A stretch of 63,633 bases of DNA, counting the filler, from Chrysochromulina tobinii (taxonomy: Eukaryota): the NCBI GenBank assembly GCA_001275005.1. It is 6 parts of 6 records of this genome, joined end to end, with 100 filler letters (N's around TTAATTAATTAA, not from the genome) between each part and the next. Parts side by side here need not be neighbours in the genome. Positions count along the whole stretch, not along the records: positions 1 to 24,415 come from JWZX01001064.1; positions 24,516 to 32,714 come from JWZX01001065.1; positions 32,815 to 41,337 come from JWZX01001066.1; 3 more parts are not named here. One strand, 5' to 3'. Each line of letters begins with the position of its first letter. Within the stretch, counting starts at the first letter, position 1. The translations under genes were made by a program, and so were the position numbers. The notes under the pieces were generated by a model. That model was not told the DNA's origin. It saw nothing but the letters and a program-made list of their open reading frames with translations, and made no database searches. Positions 20,461-32,825 of this stretch are shown here, piece after piece.

Positions 20461-21263
20461 GAAATTCATCTACGTCGGTAATTGAATTTCTCAGATAAGT
20501 CCCAGGATTATAACCACACATGAAATGATAGACAGAATCGTTCCGGATGTACACCCAGGACACGAGACCGGGCTGAACGTGTTCGTGAGCGGTCGGAGCG
20601 GGCGAGCCCCGCCACCTGAATACAGTTACAGAACACTGAACAGTCGAGTGAATTGCGGAAGAATCACGGTGGAAAGGGGGGTTAATATTCAAGGAGTAGG
20701 AGGTGTCGGCGTGAGACGGTACGTTATGGAGCACGTCATGGTGACGACGCCGGGACACGCCGGGATGACTCGCATGCGAAACACCGTAACACCTAACACG
20801 ACGGGAAGTCCGTCGACATCCTCCAACATGTGCCGTCGTGCACGTCCATGCATCCTCCACGCTTGATCCCACGTAACCGGATCTCTTCAAGTGTGTGAAC
20901 ATGTGTGTGAAGCACAAAGAAGACCCACAGCAGACAGAGAGTTAGCATACAAATCCATAAACCATAATCGACGGGTCACTCCTCGTAGCTTGAGACACGA
21001 ACAGAGAATTTGTACTGAACCCTGTTTCTTTGTGCCACCTTGACAGTTAACAGCCACCCCGCGGCCCGCGTCGCCCCACCACGGGGAGCACGCCTGCCAC
21101 GCCGCGCACCGCCCCGGTGGCCGCTCTCCGCCGCCCTCGTTTCTACCCGCCACGGCACCGCCCCGGTACCGATGCCGCCACCGCCGTCGCGGCAGCACCG
21201 TGTGGGGAATGCAGGTGGGTCCAGAGCGCGTGCACGCTGCGCCGTGTTCGCAGCGTGCCGCGT

Positions 21264-22480
21264 TCACAGCGTGTACTCGAGGTTTGCGCGTGAAGGGGCC
21301 TCGCTAATTGCCTCGCTAATCGGCCGGAGCCCATCAGAGCTCGCGAAGGCAGCTTCCGAGTCGTCATCTGGCGCATCATACCTGATGAGGGACGCAATCA
21401 GATGCAATCAGATGCAATCAGATGCAATCAGATGCAATCAGATGCAATCGAGTCGTCATCTGGCGCATCATCATACCGATCGCGCTGCCGGCTGCCGAAG
21501 CGTAGGCACAGGCATCCACGCCTCTTTGGTGGCGGCGGCATCGGAGGCAGCACGCCCAGCTGCCCGTTGAAGCGCGCGCAGCTGACCAGCCCGCGCCCGT
21601 CGACGCCCACCAGCTGAAAGAGGTGGTCGACCTGGGATTGCTCGAGAGGACGCTTGAGCAGCAGGGAGGACATCATCAGCCGGCGGAGTACCTCCACTCG
21701 AGCATGGGCAGGTGCCTCCTCCGCCTCGAGCAGCCCAAAGGCGGCCTTGACCTCATCGGTCGTGACGATCCCGAAATCCTCGGGCGGGCCGAGCCAGCCC
21801 ACGCAGCGCGGCGGGTCCGCGTGATAGACGCGCGCATTGGTCGGGCAGCCGTCGGCGGCACTCGTGGGCATGATCATGCCGGTCGCGCGCAGCCGCTGCA
21901 GCTGGCGAAGGGCCGCTGCGCACCGTTCCGTTCGAATCAGATGCTCGAGTGCCTGTAACTCCTGTGTGGGGAGCACTACAACTCCCGCGCTATTCCAATA
22001 GGATCCACCAGCATGCGCGACGTCGTGGGCGGCGCCGCTGAACGAGGCGGCGGCGCCACTAGCGATGCCAAAGTCAAGGGCGACACCAGCGCCGCCCTCG
22101 CCGCCGGCGCCGCCATCGTCATCGTCGCCGCCGCCGCCGCGGTCGCCACCGGCCGCGCTGGTAGCGAGGGCGTGCTCGGCGTCGGGAGAGCTGAGCCAAG
22201 GTTGGAGCACGCGGCGGTTGGAGGCGGTGGCAGCGGCGGTCGGGGGCGAGGGCGGCGGCGAGGGCGGCTTTGTGGCCTGAGCCATCAGCGGCGTCAGTTG
22301 CAGACCTTCGCCGTGAATCTCCTCGCCACCTCCGCCGCCACCGCCGCCGCTGCTGCTGCTGCTGCCGCCTTCCACAGGTGCGACCACAGGTGCGATGCTG
22401 CCGAGTGAGATGCCAGCCCGGTCGGTGGGCGCCGTCGCACTCTCCGATCGCTGCTGCTGCTGCTGCTGCTGCATCTTCTG

Positions 22481-22516
<36 letters not shown>

Positions 22517-23914
22517 GAGCTGCTCCGCCGCCCGCGCGGCCTGCGCCGCGAGCGCAGCGGCCGCGGCCGCCGCAGCCCTCTCCGCGATCCCCTCTCGCTG
22601 CATCCGAGGCACGGCACCGGCCGGCGAGCGCGACTCCGCCATCGCCTGCCTATGCCACGAAAAGGCGAGGTGCTGCATGTATGCATGTACCAGAGTCTCG
22701 GCCGCCCGACGCAGTGGACCGAAATTGGAGTTGATGACGAGCTCATCAGCGAGGACGAGCGGCACTGTGGGCACGGGCGATGCGAGCATCCGAAGCTGCT
22801 GGCAGCGCCAGAGGAGCGCGCAGAGCTTCGAGAAGGCCGCCGGGTGGTCGGGTAACGGCGGGTTGCCCGAAAAGTATCCGGGTAGGATGGTAGTTGAGTA
22901 CTCATGGCCAGGGAAGATGAGCGTGTTCTGCGGGCACAGTCGCCAGATCTTGGCAAAGTTGTATGCCATCTCGGTCTGGGTGCCTTCAAACGGAGCGCCA
23001 CAGCCGCCACAGAAGAGTGTGTCGCCCCCAAAGAGAGCGGGCGTCGGGCCGGCGATGACGAAGCAGAGGGAGCCTCGCGTGTGGCACGGCGCGTGCAGCG
23101 CGCGCACCGTGAGGTTGCCCACCGTCAATGCGTCTCCATCCGACAGCGTATGGGTGCACCCCGCGACCGAATCGTCCTTGCCGCCGTAGACGCGCACCGG
23201 CGCGAGGCGCTTGGCGAGCACGCGGTTCCCACCCGCGTGGTCCCAGTGGTGGTGTGTCGTGAGGATCGCCTCCACACGCACACCACCATCGGCCACGTAC
23301 TCTTTCTCGGACAGCTTCGTCAGCGCGAGCAGCACCGCGCTTGCGTCACATGGATCAACGAGGGCGGCGGGCCGTGGGCGGCCGGCGGGCCCAGAGCGGT
23401 CGACGATCAGGTACGAGTAGTTGTCGACGAGGCACGCGATCGTATGAACGCTGTACGGCCACAGCGGAGCCGCGGCCTCATCAGCTGCGCGCGCCGGCGA
23501 TGCGGGCGCGCTGCTGCCGCCACCGCCGCGCTCCTCGCGCATGCTGCTATTGTCGGCCGCATCGAGGTCGATGCGGATCGAGCGCGAGTGACCGTCCTCG
23601 CCCATGAAGCACTGGCGGTAGGTGCCGAGGAACCATGAGTGCAGCTGGCCGACGCGAGACGGGTAGACGAGCTTCATGAACGAGGGCATCACAAGCATCA
23701 TGGCGAGCATGCCCATGCCCTGGAAGATGCCGACAAACATCATGTAGAAGATCGCCGTCAGGAACGCAAGGACCGTGCACAGGTAGCGCACCGGGTACAG
23801 CAGGCGCCAGAGCTGCGCGCGGCAGGTCATGCGCTTCGGGATCTGCGACGCGTGCAGCGGCTCGACGTACCCAGCCTCGGCGTCGCCCACATCTGCGACC
23901 GGCGCGTCCAGCAT
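21264..23914 (-). CDS. Membrane-anchored hydroxyacylglutathione hydrolase (glyoxalase II/PNKD-like) with a degenerate C-terminal EF-hand; intron 21382-21476
   Basis: DNYSYLI, LTTHHHWDHAGGN, PCHTRG, GDTLF, FPGHEY; two N-terminal TM segments; last exon restores frame to TGA at 21264. Confidence 0.82.
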
Positions 23915-24415
23915 CACCCTGTCGTAGGTGATGGCCGAAATTTAGGACCTCCGTGTGCCCGCGCCGCAGCAGGGCGAGAGGTGCCTTTTTCCTTTTCTGG
24001 AGTTCTGGTGTGAAACATTGGTGTGAAAACGCGTAAGTCAAATCATGTCTACTTGACGTGGGCAGACCCGAAATGGTCCAGATCCGGATGGCCATGCGGC
24101 GGTTCGGAGATCGCTCGAGATCGAGGTGTGACTTCACTGCCACTTGTCTGAAGCGCCTGATGGCTCCCATGCGGCGGTTAGGAGATCGCGCGAGATCACA
24201 GACAGACAGACTTTGTAGACGGAGCGTGCCTGTTTGAATTTCGAGTAGTCTGTGTGAGTGAAACTCGATCTAGCTAATTACGGAATGAGCGATTCGGACC
24301 CCCCCTGGAACTGGAACGCGAGCGCTATACGCTGAATGACAATGACGCTCGATTTCCTCCCCCAAAAGAGGAGACACTCCACGCTACTGGACTCCACTCG
24401 CGCGTCGACACTTGC

Positions 24416-24515
24416 NNNNNNNNNNNNNNNNNNNNNNNNNNNNNNNNNNNNNNNNNNNNTTAATTAATTAANNNNNNNNNNNNNNNNNNNNNNNNNNNNN
24501 NNNNNNNNNNNNNNN
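24416..24515. other. Assembly spacer (N + TTAATTAATTAA + N)
   Basis: 100-nt linker with stops in all six frames. Confidence 0.97.
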
Positions 24516-27011
24516 AGGAGCCGCCGCGCCACCTCCCGTAAGAACTGATCGACGAAGACCGAGTCTTCGTACGGTACGCGCTGGAGCTCGAGCTGCGTGA
24601 GCGGTTTGGTGCTGTAGATGTTCATGGTCATGGAGGGGTTGCAGATGTCGCGTAGCACCTTGGAATGGTTGCGGATGAGCTTCCGAGCGGCTGCATGTCG
24701 CTCCCGGGGCGAGTAGCGAGAGAGCTCCGACACACCAACGGCCACCTGCGACTCGCCCATGTTGAGCAGCTTGAGTAGATGCAGCCACCGCTCTGCCGCT
24801 CCGGCGACCTCATCCATCACCGCCAACAATGCCGCGGCGGCCGTCGCGCTCATGAGGTGCTCACGAGGACGCGTGGACTCCCTAATTTGGGACTCCCCAG
24901 TCCGCGAGCTCTTGGGCCCGTGGATCTCAGCACTGTCCGAAGTTGGCTCGAGGGTCCTCTCGAGCATTTGCGTCTTCAAGAGTGCCGCCGCTTGCTCCCA
25001 CGCTTTCGCCTGCTGCGGCTGCGTGACGTCGAGCCGTTCCTCGAGCTCATGTGCACCGTGATGCCTGCCCAAGAGGCGACGCGTGACCTCCCGCAAGAGC
25101 TGATCCACGTGATGACGTAGCTGCGAGGGAAGGCCCAGATCATGCAGCATGCTCGTGTGCCCATGAAGGAGTGCTCTCGTGGCCTCCATCCGAGCCGTGG
25201 CCCCGAAGGTCGAAGCAATGCCGTCGGCCGCCGCCGCCCGAGAATCGTCGTTGAACATCCTCTGGAGCTTCAGCCACGCCTCCGCACCACCGGCCACCTC
25301 GAGCACCGCCCCCTTGCAGGCCGCCAGGGCTGGAACAGCCATGCTGAGGACCGTCCCGCCGCTTTGGCTCCCGCCACTGGAGAGCGAGACGGTCATGTGC
25401 TGCACCAGCTGCCTCGCCGCCAATGCCCACACCTCCGCCTGCCTCGGCTGCGACGGATCGATCTGCTCCTCGAGATCGGACGTGCAGACGCGCCGCCCGA
25501 GCAGTCGACGAGTGGTTTCACGCAACAGCTGGTCGATCCAAACTTTGGTCTTGGCGCCGCCCTGCTGGAGCTGAGCCAGCACGCCAGCGAGGCTCTTCGG
25601 CTGCTCTGGTGCTGGGATCACCAACGCATTCAGGATAGCGACCCGTTGCTCGATCAGAGCTCGTGCGGCTCCCTGGCGAGCCGTGTGCGCGTGCTCCAAG
25701 GCGAGCCGATCAGAATCCGAGCGTGGGTCATTGTTGAGGAGCCATCCGAGCGAGCCCCATGCCATCTCTGCGCTCAGTGTAGCCCCATCACGCTCGTGCC
25801 CAGCCTTCAAGATCCGACGCCAGGTCTCGTGTATGGTCCGTCGAGCGCATGAGTGCCACGCGGCTTGCAGAAGCAGTGCCGCCGTATCCCGTCGGGAGGA
25901 GGTATGCGATGGCGGCGCGAACTGTGCACACGAGGTCGGCGGCCTCTTTCTGAGATTTCTGAGAGACGACGTCGGCGGTGGCTGGTGGGACATTAACCTC
26001 CCCAAGCCCACCGGTGACCCTCTCAGTCGCCTGCTGCAGCTCTCGAGTGATGGCTGCCTGCAAGTCCTTGGCGTTGGCCGATGACGTCTTCGTGGAGCGG
26101 CCGGAGGTGGCCCGGCCAGATGGGGACCAATGGTCGCTCGTCAATGCGGCTCCGTTGGGGCGTGAGAGGAGGTTTGGCATTGCAGCAGGCGGTTCTGGCG
26201 TGGGCGACTGCATCTTGAGCGCCGCCGACGGCGCAGGCGCCGACGCCGGCGCACGGATCAGCGACGGCGACGGCACCGGCGACGGCGCATTCTGAGGAAT
26301 TCGCTCAGGAGTCCGCGCACCGCCTTGCGAACTCGGGGGTCGCTGCAGCATGATCTGCGATCGGCCTGGGCGGCGCTTCGCCGATGGCGGCGAGAACGCC
26401 TCGCTAGCGATATGCGTGGAGCTCAGCGCCTTGAAGTCGTCCAGCGCAGGTAAAAGTAAGTTGCCTGCTCGAAGCGAGGGGACTCTCGGCGATGCGTTCA
26501 GAGATGCATCTGGTGTGGCGTATGTCGAAGCCGCCGAGGACGTGGATGTAGATAGGGAGACTTGAGGTTGCCCTGGAGTAGGAACCGATGTAACGTACGT
26601 GGATTCCACCGAGGATGAGGATGTGGATGAGGAGGGCCCTCGAATAGGAACCGACCGGAGCAATCGAGTCCGCGGTGACGGCATCATCGTGCCATCTTGA
26701 GGTGCGAATAGCGGCGGTGAGGGCAGCGTTGTCTCGAACATATCTTCGTCTTCTGCTTGTGCGAGCCTCGCCGGCGCTGCCACCAGGAACTTTGCGAGGG
26801 AGAGAGGTGCCTTGGCCCGCTCAAGTTGCTCAGCATGCACGAGGCGAGGAATGGATGCACGGATGAGTTGCGCGACTTGGGCGTTTTGTTCTTGAATCAT
26901 GATCGGAAACTCGAGATGCAAAGTGGTCTGCACACGAAATCGCTGATTTTCCGCCTTTTGCGCTGTTCGGAGAAGATCTGCTGCGCAGACGACCGGAACG
27001 ATCGTCCCCAT
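24516..27011 (-). CDS. Hypothetical protein with an IQ-like motif and three helical repeats; frameshift near 25900; 3'-truncated
   Basis: Overlapping ORFs 25788..27011 and 24464..26011; AALLLQAAW; DQLLRETTRRL, DQLLREVTRRL, DQFLREVARRL. Confidence 0.55.
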
Positions 27012-27406
27012 CTTGTCACCTCAATCCACGAGATTGCGAATTCTTTCGCAATCCGCGACTCTTATTGATGAGTTTGCGGATTCTATACGAAAATTCCTCA
27101 GTACCGGTAAATTTTTTTGAGAAGGATGTTTTGGGAAGGAAGGAGGTGATGCTCGAACAACAACGATCTTATGTGAGTAATTATTTCGCGAGGCGCGCGC
27201 GCGCGCCGCCTCACGCCCGGGCTCTCGCCTGCTCCAAGTCAAGTCAAGTCAATGCTTCTCGCCTCCGTGCCATCCTGTCTATGGTGGTCCAGACACGTTG
27301 GGCGTTCTGGAGCTCGTGCTCGACACGCCGAGAACAATCTGTTGGCCTGTTCACGCAGCAGTTCACGGCGAAACGCAGTACAGTGTTAACCGTGCGTCTC
27401 GGAGAG

Positions 27407-28085
27407 ATGCTACGTGTGCCGTACCTTTTCGGACGAGCGCGCAGGATCGCACAGCCACTCGGACCGAAGCAGACCTGCGCGCCGCGCAGATGGTACAGCC
27501 CACCAATGGGCAACGCCACGCCCGAAGAAATCTCGGAGACACAGCTGCAGGTTGGGCGTGTTCTCAAAACGCTTGGCGTAGGCTGGCTCATGTACAAGAG
27601 TTACCAAATTGCGTGCGGCAGCGGTATGATCTTCACTGGCGATGCACGCTGCGCCTGCATGCCCTGGACTCACGGTGCGCATGCGCTTGGACTCTTGTTG
27701 GGCAGATACGTACCTGATTTCGCCATCACTCGTGCTGGTGCGGTCCAAGAAAGCGGCGAATCGCGAGACCGGTATCTGGCGCGTGCATCATTGGCATTCG
27801 GGCGCAGCCGCGTTGCCAGAGGTCGTTGCACAGGGCGGCGCCGAGGCGCTGCTCGCGACGCTTCCGAGCGCGCAGCCCGAGACGCGCCTCACAGTCCTCG
27901 AGCTACTGATTCGCATGGTGCCCTTGGGCAACGCGCGGGCAAGCCTCATCGCCAACGAGGCGGTCTCCCACGCCACCGCTAGCTGCACTTCTCTGCGGAG
28001 CGGCGGTGGCGCTGCTGCTGCGGCTGCGACGCGTTGCGACACACTCGTGGCCGATCTCGCGGCGGCCTTGGAGGCAAAAGCATGA
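27407..28085 (+). CDS. Hypothetical protein, possibly mitochondrion-targeted; intron 27624-27705
   Basis: Arg-rich N-terminus; GTATGA..GGCAG intron joins ACGS|DTYLISP in frame. Confidence 0.5.
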
Positions 28086-28243
28086 GCAAAGGAGGTTTAA
28101 AAGATTTCAATCTTGCCTTTTTCCAGTGTTCTCATGCAGCCGAATGTAGGACGACTCAGCTCAGAGGACGACCACCACCATTACATAGCTGTGTGTGGCA
28201 TTCGAGAAAGCGCCGTCGTGGGCATAGCGTCGTCGTGGTGTCG

Positions 28244-29206
28244 ATGGCGGCATCCTCGGCTTCTTCGGACGCCGCGACGACGACGATAGCGGTCACGCTC
28301 ACGCCGCTGGTCTCAGCTACTTGGTTTGACGAGACGCTTGTGTCCGCGCGCAAGGTCAACAAGCTGGTAGTCGTTCGCTTTGGCCGGAGCAGCGACCGCC
28401 TGTGCCAGAGGTGCGATGCGATGCTGCAGCAGGCGGTTGATGTGCCCGAGATGGCTAGCGTGCTCTCCCTGTACACGGTGGACGTTGACGCCGTGCCTGA
28501 GTTCTCTTACATGTACGAGCTATACGATCCCTTCGCCATCATGCTCTTCCACCAGTCCAAGCCGATCGTTGTCGATGCCGGCCACGGCCCTGTGCGCAAG
28601 CTGACCGAAATCAACTCGACCGCATGGCTGCGCGCGATGCTGCTGCGCGCCATCCGGACGACGCTCGATGTGCGGCTAGAGGTATCGATGGCGGAGGCCC
28701 AAAGCCGCGGTAATAGCAGCGGCGCCACTGACGCGCCCGATGCGCCAGCTTCTCTGAAGGAAGAGGCGGCGCGAATCGCGCAGGGCGCGAGCGAGTGGCT
28801 GGGGGCCAAGAGCGATGTGATCAGCCATCGCGTCGGTGCGGCCATGGAACAGTCGGGCGGCTGGATCCAATCGGTCGAGGAGCGTGGATGGACGGTGCTT
28901 CAGAAGGCGAGCACGAGCGGCCTCGCAGCGCTCGAGAGCGCGCGGCTGTCCCTCGTGGCGATGCAGCGCCCGATGCAGCGCGCGACGGGCCCCGCACACT
29001 TTTTTGCTGCACCGCCAGCGGCAGCAGCCGCCGGCGGGAAGCCGGCCGATGCGCGTGCGTCGGACTCGACGCGAGCGAGCAGCCCCACGGCAGCTGCCGC
29101 TGCCCAGCAGGAAGATGAGCCTCCGGAATCTTCTGCGGCACGCATCGCCGTGCCTGTGCCAGCAGCAGAGCCAGAGGAACGCAATGTGCACGGGGAGCGC
29201 GTGTGA
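28244..29206 (+). CDS. Divergent Dim1/TXNL4 thioredoxin-like protein with C-terminal extension
   Basis: LVVVRFG..DRLC..CD, YTVDVDAVPEF..MYELYDP..IMLF....IVVDAGHG matches the Dim1 pattern. Confidence 0.75.
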   Translation: MAASSASSDAATTTIAVTLTPLVSATWFDETLVSARKVNKLVVVRFGRSSDRLCQRCDAMLQQAVDVPEMASVLSLYTVDVDAVPEFSYMYELYDPFAIMLFHQSKPIVVDAGHGPVRKLTEINSTAWLRAMLLRAIRTTLDVRLEVSMAEAQSRGNSSGATDAPDAPASLKEEAARIAQGASEWLGAKSDVISHRVGAAMEQSGGWIQSVEERGWTVLQKASTSGLAALESARLSLVAMQRPMQRATGPAHFFAAPPAAAAAGGKPADARASDSTRASSPTAAAAAQQEDEPPESSAARIAVPVPAAEPEERNVHGERV

Positions 29207-29443
29207 ACTCTAGGACAGGCGGGCCAAGTTTTGGGCGCGCCGTGTATTTTGCCCTTTTTACGAGCCGATCTTAGAATGGCTCACTGTAAAGTTCGAGTCG
29301 CAAAACAGCTCATTCACGTCTGCGCCCTCCACGTTGTGTCTCCACGGGACCGGTGGACGAGCGTCTTGCCGAGTCGGTATTCTTGAACGTGAAACAGCCC
29401 ATTCACAGCAAGAACTCGGGGAAGCCGGTGTGGGGGTGTCGCG

Positions 29444-30598
29444 ATGCGTGCCACTGCCACATTGGTCGCAACCGTGAGTGAATTAGCCCACACATTGTCT
29501 CCAGCAAACATGTCGTTCACGGCCGCATCCACACTCCAGAATATGTTCTACGACCAAGCAACGGGGCTGTGGGGTTGCAACCAGCTCGGTGCTGCAAAAC
29601 ATGACATCGGGTGGTGGAACTGTGGAAACAGTTTGACGGCCCTGGCTCAATACACCAAGTTCGCCAATGACTCCACATTTAAAGCCGACATCACCAACAC
29701 GTTCGAGGTTAACGAGGAAGCAACCGCCATTCTCTGCGCCGTCGACATGAGCACCGACGATCGTGCGTGGTGGTCGCTGGCCTGGATGGACACGTACGAC
29801 GTTCTGGGCACGCCGGAGGCTCTGGACCGCGCGAAGTGCTACTTTAACGCGGAGGCGAAGCTATGGGACACCAAGTGTGGCGGTGGGGTGTGGTGGAACG
29901 CCAAGAGAACCTACAAGAACGCGATCACCAATGAACTCTTCGCGTACCAAGCCTGTCGCCTCGTCCAGTACGGTCCGAACGACACCTACCGGGACTGGTG
30001 CCTACGGGCGTGGGCTTGGTTCGTGGGCTCTGGTATGATCAACGCCCAAGGCTTGGTCAATGACGGGCTGAACGGACCTTTTCCAAACGGAGAGTGCGTG
30101 AACAACAACCAGACTACCTGGACATACAACCAGGGGGTGGTGCTGGCAGCCGCAGCAGCGTACTTTCAGGTCACGGGCAACGCCTCGGCCATCGAACTGG
30201 CCATTGTGATCGCCGATGCCACCGCTCAGCGCCTCACCTTCGCGCCGGAAGGAGTGCTGCGAGAATCTTGCGACACGAGCTTCACTTGCGACAGCAGCCA
30301 GCAGCAATTCAAGGGGATCTTCATGCGTTCGCTCGCGATCTTAGTGGACCAAGTGCTCTCCACGCCAGCGGCCCCCGAGGAGTGGGCAGCACACGCGCGC
30401 CGCTATTCCAAGTGGATCGCCACCAACGTCGAGTCCGTTTGGACCGAAGCGCGCACGCCGGACAATCAATTCGCCGTCTCATGGGTGGGACCCCCAGCGG
30501 CCAGCACGGCGACGCCTCTGACCAGCGCGTTGGACCTCTTCAACGCGAACCTGCTTGTCAACAGCCCAGGTGTACATGTAGCCCGTCGATCGCTCTAA
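29444..30598 (+). CDS. Glycoside hydrolase family 76 (alpha-1,6-mannanase-like)
   Basis: WWNCG, DDRAWW, CGGGVWW, YKNAITNELF, WTYNQG, QFKGIFMR. Confidence 0.9.
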   Translation: MRATATLVATVSELAHTLSPANMSFTAASTLQNMFYDQATGLWGCNQLGAAKHDIGWWNCGNSLTALAQYTKFANDSTFKADITNTFEVNEEATAILCAVDMSTDDRAWWSLAWMDTYDVLGTPEALDRAKCYFNAEAKLWDTKCGGGVWWNAKRTYKNAITNELFAYQACRLVQYGPNDTYRDWCLRAWAWFVGSGMINAQGLVNDGLNGPFPNGECVNNNQTTWTYNQGVVLAAAAAYFQVTGNASAIELAIVIADATAQRLTFAPEGVLRESCDTSFTCDSSQQQFKGIFMRSLAILVDQVLSTPAAPEEWAAHARRYSKWIATNVESVWTEARTPDNQFAVSWVGPPAASTATPLTSALDLFNANLLVNSPGVHVARRSL

Positions 30599-31160
30599 AC
30601 ATCCTCTCTAGACGGCGCGTTCCGGCATTCGAGATTCCTGATCATGGAGTGACCCGAGAGAGCGAGTACTCAGCATACTTGTGTTGACCGAGGGGTCCGG
30701 AGCGGTCCGTTGAGTTGATGACGTGGAATGCACGCACTGGCCCCCGTTCCTGGGGGTCCGGAGAGCTTGCGCGTTGTGTGGAACAGCAGCAGCAGCACTG
30801 GAGGTCGTGCGCGTTGTGTTCGGAAACGTCCAGCACGGCACAGGCTCAGCAGATAGTGGCTCCAATTGAGTGGGGCTCGATGTGCTTAGGGGTCCGACTC
30901 AGTTTCGAAATTATAGGGTATGAGGAATGGGTGCAAATCGGCTGCAATCCATAGCGATAGAGGCCCTCGTGCTTGGGGGTCCGGAGAGTGTGCGCGTTGT
31001 GTTGAACAACAGCACAAGCAGCACCTCTTGTGTTGAACATCAGCAGCAGCAGCAGCAGCAGCACAGGAAGAACGATATTAACGAAAGAAAATCGACTTTC
31101 CTGGAAAATTCGGAAATCCGTCGGGGTTTGCGAAGGCTCCCTGGTGCTGTGTGGGGGGGC

Positions 31161-32714
31161 ATGGCGGCAATCTTGTGCTTGTCCGCCTTCCTCGCCGTCA
31201 ATCCGCCGCCAACGCCAGAACTCTGTTCCGATACGTGCCCCGACTACCCACTTTGGACCTCGGATGGCGACTGCGACGACGGCGGCCCCGGTGCCGAGTA
31301 CGCAGACTGCGACTACGGCACCGACTGCACAGACTGCGGCCCGCGTCTCCCGCAGCCCCCCTCTCCACCACGGCCGCCCCCCCGTCCGCCAAGTCCACCA
31401 CGGCTGCCCGGCACTGTCTGCGTTGAGAATTGCTTCTGGGGCCTCCGACGGCACGTGCGATGACGGTGGTCCTGGCGCCGAGTGGTCGGATTGTGGATAC
31501 GGCGCTGACTGCTCCGACTGCGGCCTGCGCCAAGGGCAGCCGCCGCGGGCACCGCTACCGACCCCAAGCCGCCCCAAGCCGCCCCCGTTGCCCCCTACTT
31601 CATTCTACTTGTGCACAGACTGGTGTTATTGGTTTAGCAATGGCTACTGCGACGACGGTGGCGTGGGGGCGGAGTACGATGTGTGCGACTATGGCACCGA
31701 TTGCACCGATTGCGGTGTGCGGGAACCTGCGCCGTCTCCACCACCGATGCCACCGAATTCCTGCCCAGCAGGCCAACTACAGTGCATCAACTATTGCCTG
31801 GCGCCGATTCCAAGTTCGCAATGCCCTTCAAATGCCAACCTGCAGCGCTGCTACGCCGTTCCAAACCCTGGGTACGGACCAACACCGACGTATTGCGAGG
31901 GCGACGGCGAATGTGGTACGAACCAGCTCTTGAACAATTGTAACCCTGGCCAATGGGATGTCTATCAGGTCTTCGTAATGCGGCAGCCGCCTTCCATTCC
32001 CTATCCACCATCGCCGCCACCGTTGCCACCGTTGCCGCCACATCCCCCGAGGCCACGGCCACCTCCGCCGCCGCCGCCGATGCCTCCAAACTACTGCCCG
32101 CACGCGCAGATTCAGTGCTACCAGAGCTGCCTCACTCCACTTGCACATGCCGACCCTTACTGTCCGGCCAACCCCGACTTACCTCGGTGCGACGAGATCT
32201 GGAATTTTGCACAAGCCGTACCGGGATTTTTGACGTTTTGTGAGGGCGACGGCGAGTGCGGCACGAACCAACTACTCAACAACTGCGACCCGGGCCAGGG
32301 GGACTGGGACATCTATCTGGTCCAGATCATGGCTGCGCCGCCGAGGTCCCCTCCACGCCCTCCTCCGCCCTTGACCGCGCCTCCGTACCCTCCTTTTCGG
32401 CCCCCACCGCCTCCACGGCCTCCGTACCCGCCTTCGCTGCCGTCCCCATTTCCGTACCCCGCCTGCGCCGCCGCGGCCACCTGCGCCGCCGCAACCACCT
32501 CCGCCCTCGCCCTTGTCTCCGCCACGTCCGCCATTTAGTCCGCCACGTCGGCCGCCCTCTTCACCCCCTCCGTCACCGTCGCCACCGCCGCCATCGCAGC
32601 CACCGCCGTCACCGTCGCCGCTTCCACCTGCGCCGCCGCAACCACCTCAGCCCCCGCCCTTGTCTCCGCCACGTCCGCCATTTAGTCCGCCATGTCGGCC
32701 GCCCTCTTCACCCC
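31161..32714 (+). CDS. Secreted Cys/Pro-rich protein with three CDDGG domains and two CEGDGECGT domains; frameshifts near 31440 and 32460; truncated by spacer
   Basis: Signal-like MAAILCLSAFLAV; CDDGG...CDYGTDCTDCG repeats; an extra G in a G-run breaks CFW-ASDGTC. Confidence 0.7.
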
Positions 32715-32814
32715 NNNNNNNNNNNNNNNNNNNNNNNNNNNNNNNNNNNNNNNNNNNNTTAATTAATTAANNNNNNNNNNNNNNNNNNNNNNNNNNNNNN
32801 NNNNNNNNNNNNNN
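32715..32814. other. Assembly spacer
   Basis: N + TTAATTAATTAA + N. Confidence 0.97.
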
Positions 32815-32825
32815 CCAGACTCGCC

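Noticed and set aside
20525..20917. Short ORFs in a lower-GC intergenic stretch
   Set aside because: No recognisable motif or codon bias.
24416..24515. TTAATTAATTAA palindrome repeated five times in the window
   Set aside because: Artificial linker in N padding, not biological.
14969..30598. Biosynthetic gene cluster (GT90, P450, hydrolase, GH76)
   Set aside because: No core synthase, housekeeping genes are interspersed, and an assembly spacer splits the region.
31430..31445. Programmed frameshift in the Cys-rich gene (also 32460, 52410, 25900)
   Set aside because: The 31440 and 32460 shifts lie in homopolymer runs and the others show no slippery-site structure; sequencing error is the simpler explanation.
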